64,000 nt of DNA from an uncultured bacterium (GTDB taxonomy: Bacteria > Bacillota > Clostridia > Oscillospirales > CAG-272), in NCBI GenBank assembly GCA_949282345.1, contig CASDOQ010000048.1:17309-81308 (forward strand). Reading direction: 5' to 3'. This document shows positions 10,188 to 18,196 of this stretch, piece after piece; within the stretch, counting starts at the first letter, position 1, and each line of letters begins with the position of its first letter. The notes beneath the pieces were generated by a model that was given only the letters and a program-made list of their open reading frames with translations, had not been told where the DNA came from and did no database searches. Both the position numbers and the translations under genes were made by a program.

Positions 10188-11477
10188 ATGAAACGTACTT
10201 ACATCAAGGATATCGTTCCGGGCACTCCCTGCACCGTCAGCGGTTTTATTGAAAATCTGCGGAACAAGCGGACGATGGCTTTTTTGGTCGTGCGTGACGT
10301 GACCGGGAAACTGCAACTTACGGTGGAAAAGGAAAAGGCTCCTGAACTGGCGGCGATCGTTGACACCCTGACGCTTGAATCGGTCATTACGGTGACGGGA
10401 ACCGTGATAGAAAACGAATACGTCAAACTCGGAGGCCGTGAAATGATCCCCGAGAGTATTACCGTGGAGTCACACGCCGAGGCGCTTCCGCTCGGGCCCG
10501 ACGCCAATATTGACACGCGCCTTGACTACCGCTGGATCGACCTCCGCACCGAGAAGAATCTCCTGATGTTCCGTGTGCAGACCTGCTTCGTGGGAGCCAT
10601 GCGGCAATACCTGCTGGAAAACAATTTCAGTGAAATTCATACGCCTAAGCTGATCGGCGCGGCCAGCGAGAGCGGGGCCGACGTGTTTGAACTGAAATAT
10701 TTCGATCGGAAGGCGTACTTAGCGCAGAGCCCGCAGTTCTATAAGCAGATGGCCATGGCCGCCGGCTTTGAGCGGATCTTTGAGAGCGGGCCGGTCTTCC
10801 GCGCGGAAAAATCCTTCACCAACAAGCACACCACCGAGTTTACCGGTTTTGACCTCGAGTTCAGCTACATCACCTCTTTTGAGGACGTGATGCAGATGGA
10901 AGAGGATCTTCTGACCTATGCGCTCAGCCGTGTCAAGCAAGAATACGGTGAGAAGATCGAAGAACTTTTCGGCCTGCCGGTGATCGTTCCCGAAAAACCC
11001 TTCCCGCGGATGAAACTGGCCGATGTATACGCCGAACTGCGTGAACGCTATGGCTATGAGTGCCCCGCCTCCGAGATGGGAGACCTGACGACCGATGCCG
11101 AACGCCTGACCGCCCGGCTGGCCAAAGAAAAATTCGGTCACGAATTCCTCTTTATCACCGACTATTCCGCTGAGAAGCGTGCATTCTACCATATGCGGGA
11201 TGAAAACGGCGTGCCGCAGGGGTACGACCTCATCTGGCGCGGCGTGGAAATCACGACCGGCGCCCAGCGGGAACACCGCTATGAGATCCTCAAAAAGCAG
11301 GCTGAGGAGAAGGGGCTTGGCGAGGACGTCCGTTTCTATCTCGAATTCTTCCGCTACGGCTGTCCGCCGCACGGCGGCTTCGGTCTCGGAGTCGATCGCC
11401 TGACCATGCTCCTGACCGGGTTGCCGATCAAGGACGCGATGTTCCTCTTCCGCGGCCCGAACCGGCTGAATCCCTGA
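10188..11477 (+). CDS. aspS: aspartate--tRNA ligase, type 2 (archaeal-like, possibly non-discriminating)
   Basis: 429 aa with class IIb motifs: QSPQFYKQ, FRAE, and GGFGLGVDRL...RGPNRLNP at the C-terminus. Confidence 0.85.
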   Translation: MKRTYIKDIVPGTPCTVSGFIENLRNKRTMAFLVVRDVTGKLQLTVEKEKAPELAAIVDTLTLESVITVTGTVIENEYVKLGGREMIPESITVESHAEALPLGPDANIDTRLDYRWIDLRTEKNLLMFRVQTCFVGAMRQYLLENNFSEIHTPKLIGAASESGADVFELKYFDRKAYLAQSPQFYKQMAMAAGFERIFESGPVFRAEKSFTNKHTTEFTGFDLEFSYITSFEDVMQMEEDLLTYALSRVKQEYGEKIEELFGLPVIVPEKPFPRMKLADVYAELRERYGYECPASEMGDLTTDAERLTARLAKEKFGHEFLFITDYSAEKRAFYHMRDENGVPQGYDLIWRGVEITTGAQREHRYEILKKQAEEKGLGEDVRFYLEFFRYGCPPHGGFGLGVDRLTMLLTGLPIKDAMFLFRGPNRLNP

Positions 11478-11576
11478 TTGTTCTGCGGCAAAGCCGGGAT
11501 CCCTGCGGAAAGCCGAGAATACCCCCGCCGCGCGGAGCGGTTTCTCCGACGAAAGAACCAGGAAAAAGGAAACGAA

Positions 11577-11618
11577 AAGAGACATCTGCCGGTCTTTTGG
11601 CAGGTGTCTCTTTTTTTA
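11577..11618 (+). terminator. Rho-independent terminator of aspS
   Basis: 12-bp stem GAGACATCTGCC/GGCAGGTGTCTC followed by a T7 run. Confidence 0.8.
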
Positions 11619-11674
11619 AGCGACCGGGATCCGCAATCATAATTTCATTCCGGCGGAAGCAGCAAGGGCATAAG

Positions 11675-11712
11675 AAAAGGGCGGATGGCAGAAAGTAGCC
11701 GCCCGCCCTTTT
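11675..11712 (-). terminator. Terminator hairpin downstream of the PHP-domain gene
   Basis: AAAAGGGCGG ... CCGCCCTTTT. Confidence 0.55.
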
Positions 11713-11796
11713 CAGCGATGCTTTCTTATCGGTTGCGCACGGGACGCCGGGGGAAAAACGAAAATATGGAAAGTATACTTTACAAACAATATCAAT

Positions 11797-12807
11797 TTAT
11801 CGGTGCTTTGTCGGATATGCTTTGGTGAAAGCCCGGTGACCGGCTTCGTCCACGATCTCGAGCCGGAACCATGCGCATCCGTCGGGGATGCGGAAGGCGG
11901 CGCCCGTCAGCGGGCGGATATCGGTGCGGCGGATGCCATCGCGGCCGTCGGTCAAAAACAGGATCTCGCGGGCGGGGGAGGTCTCAACGGTCAGGGTCTC
12001 TCCCTCCCGGTACAGCGCATGGATCAGCGGGCCTGCGGAGGCATAGCAGTCCCCGGCTTCCAGGGCGGCGATAATATCCCCGTAGCGAAGCGAAGGAGCC
12101 TTGATCATGGTAAAGCCCACGAAGGAATCGCTCCCCGGTCCGCTGAAACCGCCGGCATTGTGGTTATCGTCCGCCGCGATCGGAATGAGGGAAGTCTTTC
12201 CGGCGCGGAGCATCCGTTCGAAAATATCGCTCCCGGTGTCGGCCGAGGCGCGCAGGGCGGAGCAGGTGCCGTTCACGACCTCGATCCCGAAAAGCCCTTC
12301 CAGCGGCAGATAATCCTCCTCGGTGTGGAGCGACCAGTGCGGGTGGTTGTAGATCGGCAGAAATCCTTCGGCGCGCGCCGCCCGCAGAAGGCGGTTCATA
12401 AAGATCGGAGAATAGGTAAATTGATAGACGGGTTCGCGGCAGAGCACCTCCTTCGCATAGGAGGCGGCGTTCCCGGTGAAGTGGCCGTGTGGATTGAAAA
12501 AGACCTGATGCGTAACGTCCGGCGAACGAGCGATCAGCCCGATATGATAGGTCTTGCGGGATGCAAACCGTTCGGTGCGGTCATCGACCCGTATCTCGTA
12601 TCCCCGGAGAGCCAGAAAATCGGAGGTCGAAAGTTCGCTGTGATCCACCATGACCTCGTGATCGGTAAAGGCGACGACCGAATAGCCGGCCGCCCGGTAG
12701 GCATCCCGGATCTCTTCCGGCGTTGCCGCCCCGTCCGAAACCGTGCTGTGGGCGTGCAGATTGGCTTTGTAGAATTGTCCGCCGGCGGGGAAAAGATACT
12801 CTTTCAT
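11797..12807 (-). CDS. PHP-domain metal-dependent phosphoesterase
   Basis: LHAHSTVSDG motif near the N-terminus. 336 aa, with an AAGGAG RBS. Confidence 0.75.
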   Translation of the reverse strand: MKEYLFPAGGQFYKANLHAHSTVSDGAATPEEIRDAYRAAGYSVVAFTDHEVMVDHSELSTSDFLALRGYEIRVDDRTERFASRKTYHIGLIARSPDVTHQVFFNPHGHFTGNAASYAKEVLCREPVYQFTYSPIFMNRLLRAARAEGFLPIYNHPHWSLHTEEDYLPLEGLFGIEVVNGTCSALRASADTGSDIFERMLRAGKTSLIPIAADDNHNAGGFSGPGSDSFVGFTMIKAPSLRYGDIIAALEAGDCYASAGPLIHALYREGETLTVETSPAREILFLTDGRDGIRRTDIRPLTGAAFRIPDGCAWFRLEIVDEAGHRAFTKAYPTKHR

Positions 12808-12858
12808 AGTGGCTTTGGCTCCTTTGTGTGTTTCGGCTGTGCGCGGCGGTCTGTACTT

Positions 12859-13428
12859 TCAGAGAAGTCCGCGCTCTTTGAGAAGATAGACGCGGAGCAG
12901 GGCGGACTGGGTCTTTCCGTCCTCGATCTCCCCGCGCAGGATCTCCTCCACCAGTTCGGTGAGCGGACGGCGTTCGGTATGCAGAAATTCGTCCGGGTCA
13001 AGGCTGATCTCTCCCTCGGTCAGTTCCTCGGCCAGAAAAACGCCAATCCGCTCGCCGAGGACGGCGGGTGAGGGAATGTAATATCCGAGAGGGGTCATTT
13101 TTCCGGCGCGCAGACCGGTTTCTTCGCGCAATTCGCGGATGGCGGCCTCCTGCGGGTCTTCCCCGGCGCTGTCGAGTTTTCCGGCGGGGAGCTCGTACAT
13201 GACGCGCCCCTGCGCATACCGATACTGCCGTTCCATCAGCACGGTCCCGTCCGAAAACAGCGGGACGATCACCACCGCCCCGAGGTGAAGCACGACCTCC
13301 CGGGTGGCAGTATTCCGGTTCGGAAGGGTGACGGTATCGCGCACAAGGTGAACGATCTTTCCGTGGAAGATCTCTTCGCGACTGACGAAAGACTCCTCCA
13401 AACTGCGGTCTGTTTCTTTGCTTTTCAT
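12859..13428 (-). CDS. NUDIX hydrolase (ADP-ribose pyrophosphatase-like)
   Basis: Nudix box GKLDSGEDPQEAAIRELREETG. The start was moved to the internal ATG preceded by AGGAGA. Confidence 0.85.
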   Translation of the reverse strand: MKSKETDRSLEESFVSREEIFHGKIVHLVRDTVTLPNRNTATREVVLHLGAVVIVPLFSDGTVLMERQYRYAQGRVMYELPAGKLDSAGEDPQEAAIRELREETGLRAGKMTPLGYYIPSPAVLGERIGVFLAEELTEGEISLDPDEFLHTERRPLTELVEEILRGEIEDGKTQSALLRVYLLKERGLL

Positions 13429-13598
13429 GCATTTTCTCCTGTTACGCGATTTGCGCGATGCCGGGCGGGCGAGCGCGGCGTAATGCCGCCGCTCGAACGA
13501 TATCCTTATTGTAGCACAACAGCATACCGATTGCAAGAGGTGGTGTGCCTCCTCGGTCGTTGGCTACGGTCTGCCGGGGTTCAGAAAGGGTTTTTCCG

Positions 13599-13689
13599 GG
13601 ATTCCCTATTCTTTTCAGGATTCCTTATGTTTTCAGAATTTCCCATGTTTTCTCAGGACTCCCTATCTTTTTCACAGGATTTTTCATTG
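13599..13689. repeat. Four to five degenerate tandem repeats of about 19-21 bp spanning the coaD stop codon
   Basis: GGATTCCCTATTCTTTTCA / GGATTCCTTATGTTTTCA / GAATTTCCCATGTTTTCTCA / GGACTCCCTATCTTTTTCACA / GGATTTTTCATTG. Confidence 0.8.
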
Positions 13690-14288
13690 TCTACATCAAG
13701 ATCTTGGAACGATTGTTTTTCATCAAGTCCAAAAAAATCTTTCATTTCTTGTATTCTTTCTTTCAAGGTCCCGCCATCGATTTTTGTTACTTTATCCATT
13801 TTCGAGGATTTCCTAACTTTTTCGTAGGCTGCCCGGATGGCCGGGGCGGCTTCGAGGGGGACGAGCGTTTCGATCCCGCGCCCCGATGCAAGGGCCTCGC
13901 GGACGGCTGTGGAACTGACCGAGACGTATGCGGGAGCGGCGGGGAGCAATTCGGTTCCGACCCCGCTGTGGGCAAGGTTATAGTCGGCCATGGTCTTTTC
14001 GTATTGCAGGTCGCGTTCGTCCCTGTACCCCTTCACGATCTGATCGATCGCATTCTCGCGGACGTAATCGGCCACCATCCCGTCCGAGAAGGTCACGGTC
14101 ACGTTCGGCAGGTGGGCGGTAGCCAACCGCAGGAAATTCACCCGTTCCCGATACGGGAAAAGCCCGGATTTTTCGGGATTGATGAAAACGGCGGCAATGA
14201 CCTCTTCATAGCGGGCGGCGGCCCGTTCGATGAGATCGAGGTGCCCGCGCGTACAGGGATCGTAACTGCCGGGAATCAGTACTTTCAT
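13653..14288 (-). CDS. coaD: phosphopantetheine adenylyltransferase with a lower-GC C-terminal extension of about 50 aa
   Basis: Starts MKVLIPGSYDPCTRGHLDLIERA (the T/HxGH motif). The start was moved to an internal ATG that overlaps the end of the rsmD reading frame. Confidence 0.9.
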   Translation of the reverse strand: MKVLIPGSYDPCTRGHLDLIERAAARYEEVIAAVFINPEKSGLFPYRERVNFLRLATAHLPNVTVTFSDGMVADYVRENAIDQIVKGYRDERDLQYEKTMADYNLAHSGVGTELLPAAPAYVSVSSTAVREALASGRGIETLVPLEAAPAIRAAYEKVRKSSKMDKVTKIDGGTLKERIQEMKDFFGLDEKQSFQDLDVDNEKSCEKDRES

Positions 14289-14389
14289 GAGAGAACCTCG
14301 TAGATGTGGATATAACTGACCGAGTAGCGTGCCGATTTCAGAAGGCGGAGGCGCGACAGTTCCGGGGTGTCGGGCGGGAGAATCTCTTC

Positions 14390-14848
14390 CTAGCCGCTTT
14401 CGGTGACGATAATGCATCCCGGCGCGGCGAGCCCTGCCCGCAGTGCGCGCAGAAGCGCATCCGCGGCGGCGTGCAGGGCGTAGGGGGGGTCGATGAAGAT
14501 CAGGTCGTATGTCTCCCGCCCTGCGTATTTGCGGATGACGTTCCGATAATCACTACACAAAAAGTGCGATTTTTCAAAAAAACCGGTGCGGGTGGCGTTC
14601 TCCTTGATCACGGCCATCGCATCCTGCGAGGCGTCGGTAAAAGTGGCGGAGGCCGCGCCGCGCGAAAGCGCCTCCAGCCCCAGTTGACCGCATCCGGCAA
14701 AGAGGTCAAGGACGCGCCGCCCTTCCAGAACGAATTGCAGGGAGGAGAAGATCGCCGCCTTGACCCGTTCGCTGGTCGGGCGGGTCTCGTTCCCTTCCAG
14801 CGTGGTCAGCCGGGTACCGCGGGCGCTCCCTGTGATAATACGCATCAT
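14390..14848 (-). CDS. rsmD: 16S rRNA (guanine966-N2)-methyltransferase, ending at an in-frame TAG; the conserved C-terminus continues in frame to 14285
   Basis: RPTSERVKAAIF and DPPY motifs. After the TAG at 14390-14392, 34 more in-frame codons (EEILPPDTPELSRLRLLKSARYSVSYIHIYEVLS) run to a TGA that overlaps the coaD ATG. Confidence 0.85.
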   Translation of the reverse strand: MMRIITGSARGTRLTTLEGNETRPTSERVKAAIFSSLQFVLEGRRVLDLFAGCGQLGLEALSRGAASATFTDASQDAMAVIKENATRTGFFEKSHFLCSDYRNVIRKYAGRETYDLIFIDPPYALHAAADALLRALRAGLAAPGCIIVTESG

Positions 14849-16680
14849 GTCTTTTTCTCCTTCTTCTTTCTGAAATAACCGACGATCGCCTCGGCGTCGG
14901 TCGCACGGATGCCGCGCAGGGCGGTCAGTTCCTCCGCGCTCAGTTCGCTGATCCCGGAAAGGCTGCCGAAATGCGAGAGCAGGAGCCGCGCTTTTTTCGG
15001 GCCGATCCCCGGGATCTCCTCGAGCGAAGAGTGGTGCAGGGTCTTTCTCTTGGCAGATTGCACGCTTTTGACGGCGAACCGATGCGCCTCCTCCTGTATT
15101 TTGTAAATAAAACTATACAGACCCTGCTCTTTGGCGATGCTGATATCTCCCTCGCCGTCGGTCAGGGCGCGGGTCTTGTGATAGTCGTCTTTCACCATGC
15201 CGAAGACCGGGATGCTGACCCCCGCCTGCGAGAGCGCCTCCTCGGCGGCGTGTACCTGTCCCCGTCCACCGTCGGTGAGGATGAGGTCGGGGGCTTCTCC
15301 GAGCGAGGGGGAACCGTCCCCGATATGGGCGGCGCGGCGCAAAAGAGCCTCGCGCATCGCTCCGTAATCGTCCATGCCGTCGGTCGTGCGGATGCGGAAC
15401 AGACGGTATTCCGAGGGGCGCATCCGACCCGAGCGGGCCACGACCATCGAGGCGGTGATATATTCGTTCCCCCACTCCGAGATGTCGTAGGCCTCTATGC
15501 GCTCGGGGACGACCTCAAGACCGAGCAGAGAAGCCAGGCGGAGGCAGTTTTTATCGTCACGTTCTTCTTCCGCCGTGTGGCGTTCGTAGCGATGGCGCGC
15601 ATTGGCCGCCGCCATCTCGCAGAGCTTCTTTTTTTCTCCGCGCCGGGGGATCGCGACTTCAATACGCTGACCCGCAAGCGAGGCGAGTGTATCTGAAAAT
15701 TCGGCGATTTCCTCCTCTTCCGCCGGAAAATCAAGCAGGATCAGGCGGGGAATGCAAGCGGTCTCGTAGATCCCGGTGAGAAAGGCGAAAAGCGCGGCCG
15801 GGTCGGTCAGCGCATCCGCCGAAAAGAGAAAGTCGCGTTTGTTTCCGAGCATTCCTTCCCGGACCGAGAGGAGAGAGAGGACCGAGGCGGTCTCTCCCGC
15901 ATAGAGGGCTATCGCATCGAGCGAGACCGAGGGCGAGGAAACGACGCGCTGTTTGCCGCGGAGCTTGCGCAGTGCGGCGGCGCTATCGCGCAGACGGGCG
16001 GCCTCTTCAAAATGCTCTTCTTCGGCTGCCGCCCGCATTTTTTCTTCAATTTCGGCCACGGTGGCACCGATGTGTCCGTCCAGCACGCGCCGTACGTCGC
16101 GGATCCTGGCGGCGTACTCTTCGACCGGGGGCAGGGAGCGGCAGAGCGCCATACAACGTCCCATGTCGGCATACAGACAGGGACGACCGCGGCCGGTATC
16201 TTCGGGAAATTTCCGACGGCAGGTCGGCAGGCGGAAGATCCGGCTCACGGCTTCCTGCGCCGCATAGGCGTCGCTCATGCCGGTATAGGGGCCGAAATAG
16301 CTTCCGTCCTCCCCACGATTCCGGGTCACGATAAGGCGTGGGTACTCTTCATCGGTAATCTTGATATACGGATAGGATTTGGCATCTTTCAGCCGGATGT
16401 TATAGGGCGGGGTATGCTTTTTGATCAGAATGTTTTCGAGCGTCAGGGCCTCGATCTCGGTATGACAGAGGACGGTATCGAAATCGGCTACCCGGCTGAT
16501 CATCCGCTCGGTCTTGCGGTTATGCGTCCCTACGAAATAACTGCTTACCCGGTTACGCAGGCGGCGCGACTTTCCGACGTACAGGATGGCGCCGTTTTTA
16601 TCTTTCATGATATAGACTCCCGGCTCGGCAGGCAGGTCGGCTGCCCGCCGCCGCAGGGAGAGAAACGTTTCTTCTGTCAT
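14845..16680 (-). CDS. uvrC: excinuclease ABC subunit C
   Basis: GIY-YIG N-terminus (GVYIMKDKNGAILYVGKS) and C-terminal helix-hairpin-helix (GIGPKKARLLL). The start was moved to an internal ATG with an RBS. Confidence 0.92.
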   Translation of the reverse strand: MTEETFLSLRRRAADLPAEPGVYIMKDKNGAILYVGKSRRLRNRVSSYFVGTHNRKTERMISRVADFDTVLCHTEIEALTLENILIKKHTPPYNIRLKDAKSYPYIKITDEEYPRLIVTRNRGEDGSYFGPYTGMSDAYAAQEAVSRIFRLPTCRRKFPEDTGRGRPCLYADMGRCMALCRSLPPVEEYAARIRDVRRVLDGHIGATVAEIEEKMRAAAEEEHFEEAARLRDSAAALRKLRGKQRVVSSPSVSLDAIALYAGETASVLSLLSVREGMLGNKRDFLFSADALTDPAALFAFLTGIYETACIPRLILLDFPAEEEEIAEFSDTLASLAGQRIEVAIPRRGEKKKLCEMAAANARHRYERHTAEEERDDKNCLRLASLLGLEVVPERIEAYDISEWGNEYITASMVVARSGRMRPSEYRLFRIRTTDGMDDYGAMREALLRRAAHIGDGSPSLGEAPDLILTDGGRGQVHAAEEALSQAGVSIPVFGMVKDDYHKTRALTDGEGDISIAKEQGLYSFIYKIQEEAHRFAVKSVQSAKRKTLHHSSLEEIPGIGPKKARLLLSHFGSLSGISELSAEELTALRGIRATDAEAIVGYFRKKKEKKT

Positions 16681-16761
16681 CGTGGCTCCTTTCTCGGGAT
16701 AGGCAATCGATCCTTCCCGAATACGAAAGATCCGGGACGCGGGAAAAGCAGGAGATTCCGG

Positions 16762-16800
16762 CGGGAAAATGAGAAACGGCGGCACCGCGGTGCCGCCGTT
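16762..16800 (-). terminator. Rho-independent terminator of ptsH
   Basis: AACGGCGGCA/TGCCGCCGTT stem with a T-rich tail on the minus strand. Confidence 0.75.
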
Positions 16801-16839
16801 CGTATGGGGACTTCCCGATCGGCGGAGATTCCCCCGGCG

Positions 16840-17103
16840 TCAGTCGGTCAACCCGTTTTCCAAAAGCTCCGTGAGGCCTTCCAATGCGCCGGTTTCATCC
16901 TGCCCATCGGCAATCAGCGTGATCTCCATGCCCTGCGTTACCGCGAGGGAAAGAACGCCCAAAAGGCTTTTGGCATTTACGCGCCGGTCACCTTTTTCCA
17001 CCCATACCGAGGATTTATAAGCGTTCGCTTTCTGAATAAAGAAAGTGGCGGGACGAGCGTGCAGTCCCTGACTGTTTTTGACGGTTACGTTGCGAGATAC
17101 CAT
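16840..17103 (-). CDS. ptsH: phosphocarrier protein HPr
   Basis: 87 aa with GLHARPA (His15 site) and KSLLGVLSL (Ser46 site). Has its own promoter and terminator, and no ptsI next to it. Confidence 0.9.
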   Translation of the reverse strand: MVSRNVTVKNSQGLHARPATFFIQKANAYKSSVWVEKGDRRVNAKSLLGVLSLAVTQGMEITLIADGQDETGALEGLTELLENGLTD

Positions 17104-17142
17104 ACGGTTCACCTCTCTGAAAGAATTCAATCCTTTAAAAGA

Positions 17143-17171
17143 ATTATAGCAGGTATTCGATCCAAAAGCAA
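17143..17171 (-). promoter_or_regulatory. sigma-A-like promoter of ptsH
   Basis: On the minus strand: TTGCTT, 17-nt spacer, TATAAT. Confidence 0.65.
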
Positions 17172-17189
17172 TAGATTTCTTCAAAAAAC

Positions 17190-17753
17190 CTATATTTCTT
17201 CCCGGAGGGAGAGCAGGATTGCCCGATAGGTCTTTCCCTCTGACGTAAGGGTGAGCGTCATGTTTGCTCCGAGATACCGTATACCGCCGATGAAAAAGCC
17301 GCCGTCCAGGCGGCGCCCTGTTGCCATCGCCTCGACCCGGAACCCGCTCGGAGGCGTTTTTTCTTCTTTTTTGGCGGACGGGATCTTTCCGGGGGGCGAC
17401 GCGGGCTCCGTCGGGATTTTTCCGGTGTCCGCCCCTCCGCTCCCGGAATTTTCCGTGGAAAGATCTTCGGCCCCCGACCTTTTGCGGTCGGGGAGTTCTG
17501 CTTCCTCCTTCCCGCTCCCGACCCGGTCGGCCGGCAGCAGGGTGATCGGAAGTCCCTCCCAGAAGATCTCTTCGGCGGGCGGAACGTCGCCTTCAAAGAG
17601 GAGGAGTAGACGGAAGGAGGTTTCGCGGCTTGTCTCTCGGCAGAGCGTCACGCCGCGGCCGAGCAGGGAAAAGAGCAGAAGAAAAAGAAAGAGGAGAACC
17701 AGACGGTCGTAGGGGTTTTTCGACCCGAAGAGATCGATACGGTGCGCGCTCAT
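17190..17753 (-). CDS. membrane-anchored hypothetical protein (tentatively DUF4330-like) with a Ser/Pro/Glu-rich insert
   Basis: The ATG overlaps the upstream stop (ATGA). One N-terminal TM helix. This is the only gene in the window that ends in TAG. Confidence 0.55.
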   Translation of the reverse strand: MSAHRIDLFGSKNPYDRLVLLFLFLLLFSLLGRGVTLCRETSRETSFRLLLLFEGDVPPAEEIFWEGLPITLLPADRVGSGKEEAELPDRKRSGAEDLSTENSGSGGADTGKIPTEPASPPGKIPSAKKEEKTPPSGFRVEAMATGRRLDGGFFIGGIRYLGANMTLTLTSEGKTYRAILLSLREEI

Positions 17754-18181
17754 GCCGGTTCCTCCGCCGTTACCGTGTCGGGGAAAACCGCCGTGATGCG
17801 TCCCGTCCCCCGGAATCCCGGGAGGCGGATATCCACGTCGCGCCCCGGGCGGAGGAGAAAGCCGCCGGCAAAAAAGCCGTCTGCCGTGCTCTTTCCGGTC
17901 ACGCGTACCGTCAGGGTCAGGTAAGTCCAACCGCCGCGCTCGCTTCCCGTGCAGGCCGTCACCGAGCCGAGCGGGTATTTTCCAATGGCATCTAAAACCG
18001 CGTCACCGACGGCGAGAGCCTCTGCCGACTCGGGCAGGACGGGATCGAGCGCAACCGTGTAGGTCAGCGGGGTATCGCCGGTCGGCGGCGCGACCAGTAT
18101 CCGCGAAAAAGCGGTACAGAGCGAAAAAAAGAGGATGCCGCACAATAGGAGGACGGCATCCGTGAGGTTCGGGTGTTTCAT
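17750..18181 (-). CDS. membrane-anchored hypothetical protein (tentatively DUF4330-like)
   Basis: 143 aa with an N-terminal TM helix and an RBS of GAAAGG. Paired with the downstream paralogue-like gene. Confidence 0.6.
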   Translation of the reverse strand: MKHPNLTDAVLLLCGILFFSLCTAFSRILVAPPTGDTPLTYTVALDPVLPESAEALAVGDAVLDAIGKYPLGSVTACTGSERGGWTYLTLTVRVTGKSTADGFFAGGFLLRPGRDVDIRLPGFRGTGRITAVFPDTVTAEEPA

Positions 18182-18196
18182 GCGGGAGTGCCTTTC

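Noticed and set aside
13599-13689. CRISPR array or minisatellite interpretation of the short tandem repeats here, at 29392-29430 and at 31131-31190.
   Set aside because: The units are directly adjacent with no spacers, are only 13-21 bp long with 2-5 copies, and no cas genes are present.
14390-14392. Genetic-code reassignment or pyrrolysine as the explanation for the in-frame TAG in rsmD.
   Set aside because: No pyl genes or suppressor tRNA are in the window. TAG seems to end the 17190-17753 gene normally, and only one in-frame case was seen. This is kept as a test in the finding, not as a claim.
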